Part shown: positions 53,386-63,270 of the stretch, piece by piece
Position numbering within the stretch: the first letter of the stretch is position 1
Layout: every line of letters starts with the position of its first letter
Notes under the pieces: generated by a model
What the model was told of the DNA's origin: nothing
Databases searched by the model: none
Seen by the model: only the letters and a program-made list of their open reading frames with translations
Source of the DNA: an uncultured Acidobacteriota bacterium
Lineage (GTDB): Bacteria; Acidobacteriota; Terriglobia; Terriglobales; Acidobacteriaceae
Length of the DNA: 64,000 nt
Assembly (NCBI GenBank): GCA_963779945.1
Contig: CAWAAB010000001.1
Location: forward strand, 1,548,744-1,612,743
Reading direction: 5' to 3'
Program-made: the position numbers and the translations under genes

Positions 53386-54363
53386 ATGATCTCAGTCAAC
53401 CAGCTTACCAAGAAGTACGCGCGTAACCTTGCGGTGGACCACATTTCTTTCGAGGTCCAAAAAGGCCAGATCGTAGGCTTTCTGGGGCCGAACGGCGCTG
53501 GCAAAACGACCACCATGCGCATGCTGACCTGCTTTCTGCCGCCCACGTCGGGCGGTGCGACTGTGGCCGGATTCGACGTGCTGGAGCAGCCGCTCGAAGT
53601 CAAGAAGCGCATCGGATATCTTCCCGAAACTCCGCCGCTCTACCCCGAAATGGAGACCGGCGAATACCTGACGTTTGTGGGCAAGCTGAAAGGCCTTTCC
53701 GGCGAGGAACTCAGGAAACGGGTCGATTACGTCTGCGAGCGCTGCGCAGTTGCCGATGTGAAAAACAGGTTGCTGGGACGGCTCTCGAAAGGATATCGCC
53801 AACGCGTGGGATTGGCGCAAGCGATTATTCACAATCCAGACGTGCTGGTGCTGGACGAACCCACCGCCGGCCTTGACCCCAAGCAGATCAACGAGACACG
53901 CGACCTGATCAAAGGGCTGGCGGGGGACCACACCATTATTTTGAGCACGCATATTCTGCCCGAGGTTGAGCAGACCTGCGAACAAGTCATCATTATCACG
54001 AAGGGCAAGCTGGTGGCGACAGATTCGGTGACCAACCTGCAAAACCGGGCGCGGGGAGCGGAATCATTGCTGGTGGAAGTGGGGTCTCGCGACGGGGCGC
54101 TGGAATCGGCAATCGTGGTGAAACGGCTGCAACAGATTCCGGGAGTGAGTCGTGCCCAACTCAAGACCACTCACGGAGATCGCAAAGTGTTTGAGGTGGA
54201 GGGTCAAAAAGGCTTTGCGCGTGGCGATCTGGCGCGCGCGGTGGTGCAGGCGGGATGGGACTTGAACGAGTTGCGGCCTGCGGCAGTAAGCCTGGAAGAA
54301 ATATTCCTGCAACTCACGGGCGCGGAAGAGTCGGCAGAAGCCGCGAGCAAGGGGGCAGCGTAA
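53386..54363 (+). CDS. ABC transporter ATP-binding protein (GldA-like)
   Basis: GPNGAGKTT Walker A, LSKGYRQRV signature, and VLVLDEP Walker B. Confidence 0.9.
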   Translation: MISVNQLTKKYARNLAVDHISFEVQKGQIVGFLGPNGAGKTTTMRMLTCFLPPTSGGATVAGFDVLEQPLEVKKRIGYLPETPPLYPEMETGEYLTFVGKLKGLSGEELRKRVDYVCERCAVADVKNRLLGRLSKGYRQRVGLAQAIIHNPDVLVLDEPTAGLDPKQINETRDLIKGLAGDHTIILSTHILPEVEQTCEQVIIITKGKLVATDSVTNLQNRARGAESLLVEVGSRDGALESAIVVKRLQQIPGVSRAQLKTTHGDRKVFEVEGQKGFARGDLARAVVQAGWDLNELRPAAVSLEEIFLQLTGAEESAEAASKGAA

Positions 54364-55131
54364 ATGCGAAATATCTGGATCATCTGGCGCAAAGAACTGC
54401 GCAGTTATTTCGTTTCGCCGATCGCGTATTTGCTATTGACCATGTTCGCGGTGATTTTCGGGTTCTTTTTCTGGAATGCGCTCGGCTATTTCGTGATGAT
54501 GGGCATGGAATCGCAGATGCGCGGCCAGCCGATGCCGATGAACCTGAACGAAGAGGTCATACGGCCGCTGCTGTCGAACGCCAGCGTGATCGGGTTGTTC
54601 TTTATTCCCATGATCACCATGCGCTTGTTCGCCGAGGAGAAGCGCAGCGGGACGATCGAATTGCTGGTGACATCGCCGATCCGCGACCTCGAGATCATTC
54701 TTGGCAAATGGCTGGCGGCGCTGACTCTGTATGCCTGCATGTTGCTGTTTACCGCGCTGAACTTTGCATTTCTGTTCAAGTACGGAAACCCCGATTGGAA
54801 GCCGCTGGCCATCGGCTATCTGGGTCTGCTGCTGCAAGCGGGTGGGCTGCTGGCGATTGGCACGTTCATCTCCACGCTGACCAAGAACCAGATCATTGCA
54901 GGTGCTGGGACGTTCGGCGTCTGCCTGCTGCTGTGGGTGCTGGAATGGGTCAGCGGGTATGAAACTGCGGCCTGGGCGCAGGTGCTGGCCTACATGTCGG
55001 TGATCACCCACTTTGAGTCGTTCGCTAAAGGCGTGCTTGACGTGAAAGATGTGCTCTTTTACTTAACCGTGATTTTCCTGGGATTGTTCTTCACCGCGCG
55101 CTCCATGGAATCTCTGCGCTGGAGGTCATAA
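54364..55131 (+). CDS. ABC-2 type permease (GldF-like)
   Basis: 255 aa with six hydrophobic segments. The start abuts the ATPase stop. Confidence 0.8.
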   Translation: MRNIWIIWRKELRSYFVSPIAYLLLTMFAVIFGFFFWNALGYFVMMGMESQMRGQPMPMNLNEEVIRPLLSNASVIGLFFIPMITMRLFAEEKRSGTIELLVTSPIRDLEIILGKWLAALTLYACMLLFTALNFAFLFKYGNPDWKPLAIGYLGLLLQAGGLLAIGTFISTLTKNQIIAGAGTFGVCLLLWVLEWVSGYETAAWAQVLAYMSVITHFESFAKGVLDVKDVLFYLTVIFLGLFFTARSMESLRWRS

Positions 55132-56508
55132 GTGAACACAGAGTTGCTCAAAGCCAGACAGACCAGGTACGTGGCCTACGCCACGGTGTACGTCTTGGTG
55201 GTGCTGACCGCGGTGGTGATTGCGAATTTTCTCGCCAACCGGCACGACAAATCTTATGACGCGACGGCGAACAAACGCTACAGCCTGTCAGAACAGACCG
55301 CCAAGATCGTAAAGGGGTTGAAGCAGGACGCGACCATCACCTATTTCGATCAATCGACGCGATTCCCCCGCGCCAAGGATCTGCTGGGCGAGTATTCGAA
55401 TCTTTCCCCAAAGATTCACGTCGACTATGTTGACCCGGACAAGAAGCCGCAGGAAACGCGTGAGGCCGGAGTCACGAACTATGGCACTGCGATTGTGCAG
55501 GTTGGCGCCAGCAAGGAAGAGGCCAAAAGTTTCACCGAAGAGGGCATTACCGGGGCGATTATCCGCACCCTGAAGCACACCACCCGCACGGTTTGCTTTG
55601 TGGCGGGCAGCGGCGAGCACCAGATCGACGATTCCGACCGCAACGGTTATTCGAAATTCAAAGACTTGCTGGGCAAAGACAACTATGTAGCGAAGTCCAT
55701 TGATTTGCTGCAAAAGGCCGAGGTGCCGGGCGACTGCACCGTGCTGGTGGTGGGTGGCCCGACTCGCGATTATCAACAGCCGGAAGTGGATGCCATCAAG
55801 CAGTATGTAGAGGATGGCGGGCGGGCGTTTTTCATGCTGGACCCTCCGCTGAAGATTGGCCGCGCGATGACGGCCGACAATGACGCGTTCGCCGCTTTGC
55901 TGCAAAGCTGGGGAGTGACCCCGGAGAAAGATCTGATTCTCGATCTAAATCCGATCGGGCAGTTGCTGGGCGTGGGGCCGCAGGTGGCGCTTGTGAGAAA
56001 TTATGACTCGCATGCCATTGTTGAAGGCATGAAGGGAACGGCGACCGGGTTCCCGCTTTCGCGGTCTTTGGACGTTAAGAACGGAGACAAAACTTCGGTG
56101 CAGAAGTTGTTTGACTCGTCGGACACGAGTCTGGCGACGAGCAATCTGGGTTCTCCGGCGGTTGATCCCCGAGATCCCAAGAACAAGAAGGGACCGTTAA
56201 CCATTGCCGCGGCGGCTACTTACAACACCGGCAAGCAGGATTCGCAAGGACGGTTTGTCGTGGTGGGAAGTTCGTCATGGGCGGCGAACTCGTTCATCAC
56301 TTTCAACGGCAACAGCGACCTGGCGTTGAACGCGGTTGACTGGTTGTCATCCGACGAAGATTTGATTTCAATTCGTCCTAAGGAGCAGGAAGACCGCCGC
56401 ATTACCATGACCCGCTCGCAAAGGAACCTCGTAACCATCACCAGCCAGTTCCTGCTGCCGCTGCTGGTGGTAGTGGTGGGAGTTTCGGTGTGGTGGAAGA
56501 GAAGATAG
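55132..56508 (+). CDS. GldG-like ABC transporter auxiliary component
   Basis: N- and C-terminal TM anchors around a large extracytoplasmic domain. Its position after the GldA/GldF-like genes matches the gldAFG order. Confidence 0.75.
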   Translation: MNTELLKARQTRYVAYATVYVLVVLTAVVIANFLANRHDKSYDATANKRYSLSEQTAKIVKGLKQDATITYFDQSTRFPRAKDLLGEYSNLSPKIHVDYVDPDKKPQETREAGVTNYGTAIVQVGASKEEAKSFTEEGITGAIIRTLKHTTRTVCFVAGSGEHQIDDSDRNGYSKFKDLLGKDNYVAKSIDLLQKAEVPGDCTVLVVGGPTRDYQQPEVDAIKQYVEDGGRAFFMLDPPLKIGRAMTADNDAFAALLQSWGVTPEKDLILDLNPIGQLLGVGPQVALVRNYDSHAIVEGMKGTATGFPLSRSLDVKNGDKTSVQKLFDSSDTSLATSNLGSPAVDPRDPKNKKGPLTIAAAATYNTGKQDSQGRFVVVGSSSWAANSFITFNGNSDLALNAVDWLSSDEDLISIRPKEQEDRRITMTRSQRNLVTITSQFLLPLLVVVVGVSVWWKRR

Positions 56509-56512
56509 CCAG

Positions 56513-57832
56513 ATGAAACTGCGCGGGCTGATGATTGCAATCGTGGTGCTGGCGGGATTGACGGGAGCGCTCTACTGGTCGAATAAACAGAAGCCGGCGG
56601 AGACGGCTTCGGCTGACGCTCCCCCGAAGATTCTCACGCTTAAGCAAGAGGACATCTCGAAGATCGATCTCAAGAAAAAAGGCGGAGATGAACTGGTGCT
56701 GGCGAAGGGCGGCTCCGGAAAATGGCAGATCACGGCGCCGAAACCGCTGGGCGTGGAGCAGAGTGCGGTTTCTCCCATGCTTAGCACGCTGTCCTCGCTC
56801 ACCGCGGGGCGGTTAGTGGAAGAGAAGGCCAGTGATTTGGGGCAGTACGGATTGAGCGATCCTGCGCTCGCGGCGGTCATCACGGAAAAGGACAATAAGA
56901 CGCACGAGTTGCTGCTGGGCGATCAAACCCCGGCGGGGAGCGCGGTTTATGCCAAGCTCGATGGTGATCCGCGAGTCTTCACCCTCGCCAGCTACAACAA
57001 GAGCAGCATCGACAAGAGCGTGAACGACCTGCGGGACAAGCGGCTGCTGACGGTGGACGCGGAGAAGATCAGCAAAGTGGAATTGATCGCCAAGAAAGAA
57101 CACATCGAGTTTGGCCGCAACAAGAATGCATGGCAAATCGTGAAGCCCAAGCCACTGCGGGCGGACGATGGCCAAGTGGAACAACTGGTGCGAACTTTGA
57201 CCGACGCTCGAATGGATTTAGGCGGCGCGGACCAGGATCCGAAGAAAATCGCGGCGGCGTTTGCTTCCGCAACTCCCGTGGCCACGGCGAAAGTGACTGC
57301 GGAATCTGGGACGCAAGAATTGCAGGTTCGCAAGAATAAAGATGACTACTACGCCGAGTCGAGCGTGGTGGAAGGTGTCTACAAGGTTCCGAGCAGCCTC
57401 GGCAAGGGATTGGACAAAACCTTGGAGGATTTTCGCAACAAGAAGCTGTTCGATTTCGGATTCAGTGACCCCAACAAGATCGAGATTCATGACGGGCCAA
57501 AAACCTACTTCCTCACCAAAGGCGGCGACGACTGGTGGAACGGCAACGGCAAGAAGCTGGATGCCGGCAGCGCGCAGTCGGTAGTGGACAAGCTACGCGA
57601 CCTTTCCGCCAGCAGATTTATGGATTCCGGATTCACGACGCCGGCGATTGAGCTGACGGTATTGTCTAACGATGGCAAGCGAATCGAAAAAGTGCAGATC
57701 GCCAGGAAGGATGCCGCATACGTCGCCAGACGAGAAGGCGATTCTTCGCTCTACGCGCTGGACGCTCAGCCGGTCACAGATTTGGAAAAAGCGGCTGAAG
57801 ACATGAAGGTGGCTGCGGCGCCGAGCAAGTGA
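56513..57832 (+). CDS. DUF4340-like protein with an N-terminal anchor
   Basis: TM anchor MKLRGLMIAIVVLAGLTGALYW. It is the fourth gene of the gldAFG-like operon, the usual position of DUF4340 proteins. Confidence 0.65.
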   Translation: MKLRGLMIAIVVLAGLTGALYWSNKQKPAETASADAPPKILTLKQEDISKIDLKKKGGDELVLAKGGSGKWQITAPKPLGVEQSAVSPMLSTLSSLTAGRLVEEKASDLGQYGLSDPALAAVITEKDNKTHELLLGDQTPAGSAVYAKLDGDPRVFTLASYNKSSIDKSVNDLRDKRLLTVDAEKISKVELIAKKEHIEFGRNKNAWQIVKPKPLRADDGQVEQLVRTLTDARMDLGGADQDPKKIAAAFASATPVATAKVTAESGTQELQVRKNKDDYYAESSVVEGVYKVPSSLGKGLDKTLEDFRNKKLFDFGFSDPNKIEIHDGPKTYFLTKGGDDWWNGNGKKLDAGSAQSVVDKLRDLSASRFMDSGFTTPAIELTVLSNDGKRIEKVQIARKDAAYVARREGDSSLYALDAQPVTDLEKAAEDMKVAAAPSK

Positions 57833-57833
57833 A

Positions 57834-58184
57834 CTAGCTGGCGCCCGCTGGCTTCGACTCGCCGTCTTGCTCTTGCGCTTCCAGATACTTTTGTAGTTCG
57901 TCGCGGTCTTCCGGCAGCATCCTCTCGAACCTGATTCCGTTTCCCACCTGGGGATCGCAGGTAACGACCGTGGCCGCCGCCAGCAAAGTATTTTCCAGCT
58001 GTAGCTTCAAATCCAGAGTTGTTCCGACCGGGAAGGGAAACATGGTCTCGACGTAGCAGCCGCCCGCGCTCAAGTCAGCGGTTGCGCCGCGGATGGGGCC
58101 GGAACCGCCTTCGACCTCGATTTCGATAGGGACGCGGATTTTCAGCCGTGAGGATTCGCGGCGATTCTGGTGACTGTCGTGCAT
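57834..58184 (-). CDS. PilZ-domain protein
   Basis: RRESSRLKIRVPIEIE ... DLSAGGCYVET matches the RxxxR ... D.S.GG PilZ c-di-GMP motif. Confidence 0.8.
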   Translation of the reverse strand: MHDSHQNRRESSRLKIRVPIEIEVEGGSGPIRGATADLSAGGCYVETMFPFPVGTTLDLKLQLENTLLAAATVVTCDPQVGNGIRFERMLPEDRDELQKYLEAQEQDGESKPAGAS

Positions 58185-58516
58185 GTTTATCCCCGGTGCG
58201 ACACGTCGCTGTGACAGAAGGCTCCATGTTAGTGCGAGCCCGAGGGCCGATCAAGGGGTGGCCTAGGAACGATATTGCCGGGATGGACTTTTCTTCTCTA
58301 TCGGCTAGCCTCCTCTGGACGGGTACTTTACCCGAAGGCAGAATTGGCCAAGCGACCACCTGACCAGAATTCGCCGCACGATCACGAAAACGACACCGGT
58401 GAAGATTAGACGTCGGAGCAGGAAGCGGACTATTCTTTTCAGTGTAGGCTTGAGTGGAAAGCGAGTTTGGTGTCGTGCGGTCCATTTAACCACTCGATAG
58501 AGAATGGACGAACCCA

Positions 58517-59725
58517 ATGTCAAATCTCATCGCCAAAAAAGGTGTGATCGGAATTCTGACCGGGGGTGGGGATGTACCTGGCTTGAACCCCGCCATCCGT
58601 GCCGTGACCATCCGGGCGGTTCGAGAAGGCTACCAAGTGATCGGCCTGCGTCGTGGATGGGGGGGGCTGGTCGACATGGTACGCGAAAAGGATTATGACA
58701 ACAGCGACAACTTCCAAATACTGTCGGAGGAAATCGTTAACCGCGCCGGCCGCACCGGCGGAACCTTCCTGCACAGTTCCCGCACCAACCCCAGTAAGGT
58801 GAAGAAGTCAGCGGTTCCGGCGCATCTGAAGGAAACGTATACGGCTGAGAAGAACGACCTGACTCCAGAAGTGCTCAAGAATCTCGATTGGCTGGGCATC
58901 GACTTCTTGATTCCCATTGGGGGTGACGACACTCTCAGCTACGGAGTGCGCCTGGTCCAGGAAAATGTGCGCGTAGTCGCCATTCCCAAGACTATGGACA
59001 ACGATGTTCCGGGAACCGATTACTGCATTGGGTTCAGCACCTGTATTACCCGCACCATCCAGATGACCAATAGCCTGCGGACCTCTGCGGGCTCGCACGA
59101 ACGCTTTCTGGTGATCGAGGTATTCGGACGCTATGCCGGGTTCACCGCCATGCTGCCAACCATGGCGGGGGCGGCAAACCGCTGCGTCATCCCGGAGCAT
59201 AAATTCGACATTGAGCAACTCACGGAGTTGCTGGTGGCCGATCGCCGCAAGAATCCCAGCCGGTATTCCGTCGTGTTGGTTTCAGAAGGAGCGATGTTCG
59301 CCGGCGGAGAAATGGTGTTCGAAAGTCACACCACGGATGCTTTCGGCCATAAGAAACTGGGCGGAATCGGCGATCTCGTCTCTGACAAACTGCAGGAGCT
59401 TTCGCCCAAGTACAATCGCGGCACGACCGTAGACGTCCTCAACCAGAAGCTGGGCTATCTCGTCCGCTGCGGTGATCCGGACGCGATTGACTCCGTAGTA
59501 CCTATGGCTTATGGCAATCTTGCTCTCGACTTGATCCTCCGCAAGGTCCACGGCAGGCTGGTGGTGCTGAAGAATGGCCGTTACGACAACATGGACATTG
59601 AGGTCGTGACCGCTACAAAAAAAGTGGTGAATGTGAAGGAGCATTACAACACCGAACGCCTGCGGCCGTACTACAAGAGTTTCGAGATGAAACCGCTGTT
59701 TTTCATGACCAGCGAGATGGAATAG
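58517..59725 (+). CDS. 6-phosphofructokinase, with residues suggesting PPi dependence
   Basis: GILTGGGDVPGLN, IGGDDTL (Asp at the position equivalent to E. coli Gly104) and PKTMDND (Lys at the Gly124 position). Confidence 0.85.
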   Translation: MSNLIAKKGVIGILTGGGDVPGLNPAIRAVTIRAVREGYQVIGLRRGWGGLVDMVREKDYDNSDNFQILSEEIVNRAGRTGGTFLHSSRTNPSKVKKSAVPAHLKETYTAEKNDLTPEVLKNLDWLGIDFLIPIGGDDTLSYGVRLVQENVRVVAIPKTMDNDVPGTDYCIGFSTCITRTIQMTNSLRTSAGSHERFLVIEVFGRYAGFTAMLPTMAGAANRCVIPEHKFDIEQLTELLVADRRKNPSRYSVVLVSEGAMFAGGEMVFESHTTDAFGHKKLGGIGDLVSDKLQELSPKYNRGTTVDVLNQKLGYLVRCGDPDAIDSVVPMAYGNLALDLILRKVHGRLVVLKNGRYDNMDIEVVTATKKVVNVKEHYNTERLRPYYKSFEMKPLFFMTSEME

Positions 59726-59805
59726 GCCAGGGCCGAGCCAGCGCGGAGAGGCCTGCGTCCGGCGAACCTGCGATGGTGCATGGTAAACTAACGAAAACCA
59801 AAGCC

Positions 59806-59850
59806 GGAGAGGTGGCAGAGCGGCCGAATGCGGCGGTTTGCTAAACCACC
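59806..59850 (+). pseudogene. 5' fragment of tRNA-Ser(GCU): acceptor 5' strand, D arm and anticodon arm only
   Basis: GGAGAGG-TG-GCAGAGCGGCCGAATGC-G-GCGGT-TTGCTAA-ACCAC. No T arm (GGTTCGAATCC) or CCTCTCC acceptor 3' strand was found downstream in the window. Confidence 0.6.
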
Positions 59851-60059
59851 CACGACTCTACCGCTTCAGTCTTCCCAACAACTTACAAACGGGAGCAAGT
59901 GCTCCCCAATGGGGTGACTCAGCTTCATTCGGGTGCATTTGCTCCCCACTTTGCTCCCCGGCTCGTTCTGGTTGTAGGTTGCTGTGGGAATCGCGCAACT
60001 GAGCAAGCAGGAATCTCCGCTCGAAGTTATCGTGTCGTACCTGCAGTTGTCGCGATAGA

Positions 60060-60425
60060 TCAGAAAGTCTGGGCCGTGATCGGACTGCTCGGTGCCGATT
60101 GAACGGTTGGTCCCACCGCGCTGTAGAAAAAATTGTTGCCCGGTGAATCGGAGACGCTGGCCGCATATATATACGTAGAAGCAGACTGCCAGAAGGTCCA
60201 TACTGCGATCAGGTTGTTATTAGTCGTGGTCAGCCCGAAGGAGATAGGACACGTCACCGTCGCACCCGATCCTGCGCAGGTTGTCCAATTTTTGCCGCTT
60301 TGGACGAAGTTTGGGATTGTCGCAGACGCGGGGAGCACTAACAGCAGGACGACACAGAGCGCGCACTTCCTCACAGGTCGCCTCCAGAACGGCGATTTAT
60401 CGAATGGAGAGACTCCTAGGTACAC
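60060..60425 (-). CDS. Hypothetical secreted protein, possibly frameshifted or truncated at its 3' end
   Basis: Signal-peptide-like CALCVVLLLVLPASA. A second minus-strand frame continues protein-like sequence down to 59866. Confidence 0.3.
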   Translation of the reverse strand: MYLGVSPFDKSPFWRRPVRKCALCVVLLLVLPASATIPNFVQSGKNWTTCAGSGATVTCPISFGLTTTNNNLIAVWTFWQSASTYIYAASVSDSPGNNFFYSAVGPTVQSAPSSPITAQTF

Positions 60426-60561
60426 TACACTGGAGGTAAAGCTAGTTGGCGGCTCCGCCGCTCATCAAGTGCCTAAGTGTATACATCCCGCTTAAAAGGA
60501 TCACCTAGTGGACAGGCAAGCCGGATCGAAGTACTCGTGCGGTGCAGCGGGTAGGACGGGA

Positions 60562-61818
60562 CTAAGGGGTGATTTTGAACACTACTCCGCAGGTATACGG
60601 GGGAAGACATGTAGCGCCGCCCTGTTGCGTGGTGCCGTAGAGGTTGCCGGAACTGTCCATGACCAAACCCGCCCAAGGGTTGGCCCCGTCCGCGCCGCCA
60701 GTGAAGCTATGCAGCACAGTCTCGTTGCCGCTGGTGTCCAGTTTGAAGACAATCCCATCGTCACTGCCGCCGCCGAAGTACGTGGTGCCGTACAGGTTCC
60801 CGGAAGCGTCCCGTACCAGCGGCCCTGTTAGCGGCTCTTCCCCGTCAGCGCAGTTCGGGAGGGAGCAGAAGTCATAGAGCACTGTCTCCGACCAGCTTCC
60901 CCCTGGCGCAGGAGACAGTTCAAAGACCACCCCGCATCCCGTGCCGCACCCAACACCCCCGTTCTCAGTCGTTCCGTAGAGATTTCCCTCCGAGTCGAAC
61001 AGCAAAACCGAGGAGGGATTTGCGCCGTCCCCTCCGCCAAAGAGGTGAAGAATTGTCTCGTTGCCACTGGTATCTAGCCGGAACACCACGCCCAACCCAT
61101 TATTGCAGGAGCCGGGGACACCGCCGTCGGAAGTGACGCCATACAGATTGCCAGCCGAATCGAGGATGACGCCTGGATAGGGGTTACACCCAGTCATGCC
61201 GCCGCTGAAGCTGTACAGGATCGTCTCCTTACCGCTCGCATCTATTTTGAATACCGTGCCAGAGCCGTAAGCGCCGCCCTCCTGCGTCGTACCATAGAGG
61301 TTGCCCTCTGCGTCCTCGACCAGGAGTGCCTCGGAGAAGTAGCCATCAGGTGGCCCTGTGAACTTATGCAGCACCGTCTCCTTGCCCGTCGCGCTTAACT
61401 CGAAAACGGCCCCGCAACCTGGTTGGCATGATCTGTTCTTGTCGCCCCCAAACACGGTCGTGCCGTAAAGCTTTCCCGTCGCAGCCCGCAGCAAGCCTGC
61501 TACAGGCTCCATCCCGTCCGCGCCACCAAAGCTGTACACCCCGACTAGCCCGCCGGTCTTGTTCAACATGAATGCCGTGCCGCAGCCGTTCTTGCCGCAC
61601 TTGCCAGTCCCACCTGCACTGGCCGTGCCGTAAATGTTTCCAGCCGGATCTAGGACTGGCAAGCCCATTGGGTAACCCCCGTCGTTGCCCCGAAACGTGT
61701 GCAGCACGGTAAACGTCTGCGCCTGCGCGGGAGCTGTGAGAATTGCTGACACCAGCAGCAGCGTTAGGAAAATCGGCGAAACTACCTTTATCACGGAACT
61801 GGTTTGCTTCAGTTGCAT
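60562..61818 (-). CDS. Secreted GloVer (Gloeo_Verruco) tandem-repeat protein
   Basis: Signal peptide, then about 8 repeats of G.LYGTT..GG..G.G.VF(K/E)L...G.ETVLH.F.G..DG..P. Confidence 0.8.
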   Translation of the reverse strand: MQLKQTSSVIKVVSPIFLTLLLVSAILTAPAQAQTFTVLHTFRGNDGGYPMGLPVLDPAGNIYGTASAGGTGKCGKNGCGTAFMLNKTGGLVGVYSFGGADGMEPVAGLLRAATGKLYGTTVFGGDKNRSCQPGCGAVFELSATGKETVLHKFTGPPDGYFSEALLVEDAEGNLYGTTQEGGAYGSGTVFKIDASGKETILYSFSGGMTGCNPYPGVILDSAGNLYGVTSDGGVPGSCNNGLGVVFRLDTSGNETILHLFGGGDGANPSSVLLFDSEGNLYGTTENGGVGCGTGCGVVFELSPAPGGSWSETVLYDFCSLPNCADGEEPLTGPLVRDASGNLYGTTYFGGGSDDGIVFKLDTSGNETVLHSFTGGADGANPWAGLVMDSSGNLYGTTQQGGATCLPPYTCGVVFKITP

Positions 61819-62453
61819 GGCTCGGCTACCTCACATTCAAGGGTGGGCCGGGTAGGAAGGGGAGCGGGTCAGGCCACATCCTGCGCCCAGTTTAGCACGG
61901 GATCGAGCTTCCTAAGCCATCCCCCGATCCCCGCTCCGCGTACCCAGCCGCAATTACCAAAGTTTTCGCCAATGCCTGTAAATCATTGTTCCTGCTCGAA
62001 TTAGACGCTAATTCTAGAGGTTCCTCGGCGTGTGCGCGTGGAAGCCGGGCCAATCCTCATGGGAAGCGAACTTGACGTATAGGAAAAACAAAAATCCATT
62101 TCAAATGGACGGGCGGGTCGTCTGAGTGGCGTGGAAGGGCGGGACGGCGATCTAGGTAAACTCGGATATACCAGCCCCGGCACTGCGATGCAGTAAACTC
62201 GCTGCACGTGACGGCCTGCCAAGAATCACCAGTGACAAACAGGGGGAATGGGGGCATCTTTTCTGCAAAATCAGAAAGGGGCGGCGACCGTCGCCCAGTC
62301 GCACGCACACACCCGCAGCAAAAGAAAGTTTTGGTTTTACGCTCACACCCATGATCAAAAAAACTTTCTAAAACTCCAGCTTTTCAAAACGGGGAGACAC
62401 ACGATGACGTGATCTTCGCTTCGCTGATGATTCTCTCCCTGCGTAAAGTCATC

Positions 62454-63152
62454 CTAGACACGAGGTTTCAGCCGACCAACCCAGCGCATCGGTTGGCCGC
62501 GGCGATCAATGAGGGGATCTACGTTGAAGAGTTTGCGAAGCGAATCCCTCCAGCTCAACCGCTTCGGACGAGGGCGCTTCTCTTGACCTAATAGCGCAAA
62601 CACCGCCGCCATCGTCTTGCTTCGGGAGCGCGGCGATAACAGTCCAAAATGCCGAATGGCATGGTGGTAATGTTCTGGCACATGTTCGGCTAGCAATGCG
62701 ACAAACTCCGCTTTGGCATAGCGGCTTACTACGGTGCGCTTCTCCCGCAGGTCCTTTGTCCAAAATTCAACTTCCCGATCCGTTATCGCCAGGAAGCGAC
62801 GCTGAGCGATCGGCAGTCGGCGAACGTACCGGCCAGCGTATCGCAGGAACTGAGCCTTTGACTGGAAGGGTGCGATGTCTATGTTCCACCATCGCTCGTA
62901 TTGAGCGGTCAGGTTGGCCCTCAGTTCTTTCGGAGAGCAGTCTGATTTGAGCACTTTCGCCTTCAGGGCTTCGCGAAGGTGGGTGATGACCGCATATCGC
63001 CATAGGTGCATCAAGGTTCGCTTGTCACGCTTGTCAAGGTGCAGTCGGGAAATCCATTGGCTATCCGATTCCCGTAAACCACTAGCAGACATCAGCACGT
63101 GGAGATGAGCATTGAAATTCAGATGCCTGCCGAATGTATGTGGAACGACCAT
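62454..63152 (-). mobile_element. IS91-family (Y2 HUH rolling-circle) transposase gene, 5'-truncated remnant
   Basis: VVPHTFGRHLNFNAHLHVLMSASGL and FLRYAGRYVRRLPIAQRR (YxxRY) match the C-terminal two thirds of IS91 transposases. The zinc-binding N-terminus is missing, with a stop 13 codons upstream. Confidence 0.7.
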
Positions 63153-63270
63153 GATCAGGGCCCGGTTGTGCCAACCTCCGCCGATACATGGTCAAAGACA
63201 ACACTTGCGGCATAGATGACCTGAACCGCATCCACATTGTTGTTCGGTTCTAGACCACCTTGGCATCGAG

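Noticed and set aside
58380-58440. An SRP-RNA-like GGAGCAGGAAGC motif in the 330-nt pfk/PilZ intergenic region.
   Set aside because: There is no complementary 5' strand or GGAA/GNRA tetraloop to form helix 8. Only a short purine-rich match is present.
59806-59900. An intact tRNA-Ser with an unusual or intron-containing 3' half.
   Set aside because: After the anticodon stem closes, there is no sequence able to form a T arm or to pair with GGAGAGG within several hundred nt. I therefore treated it as a fragment, pending a covariance-model check.
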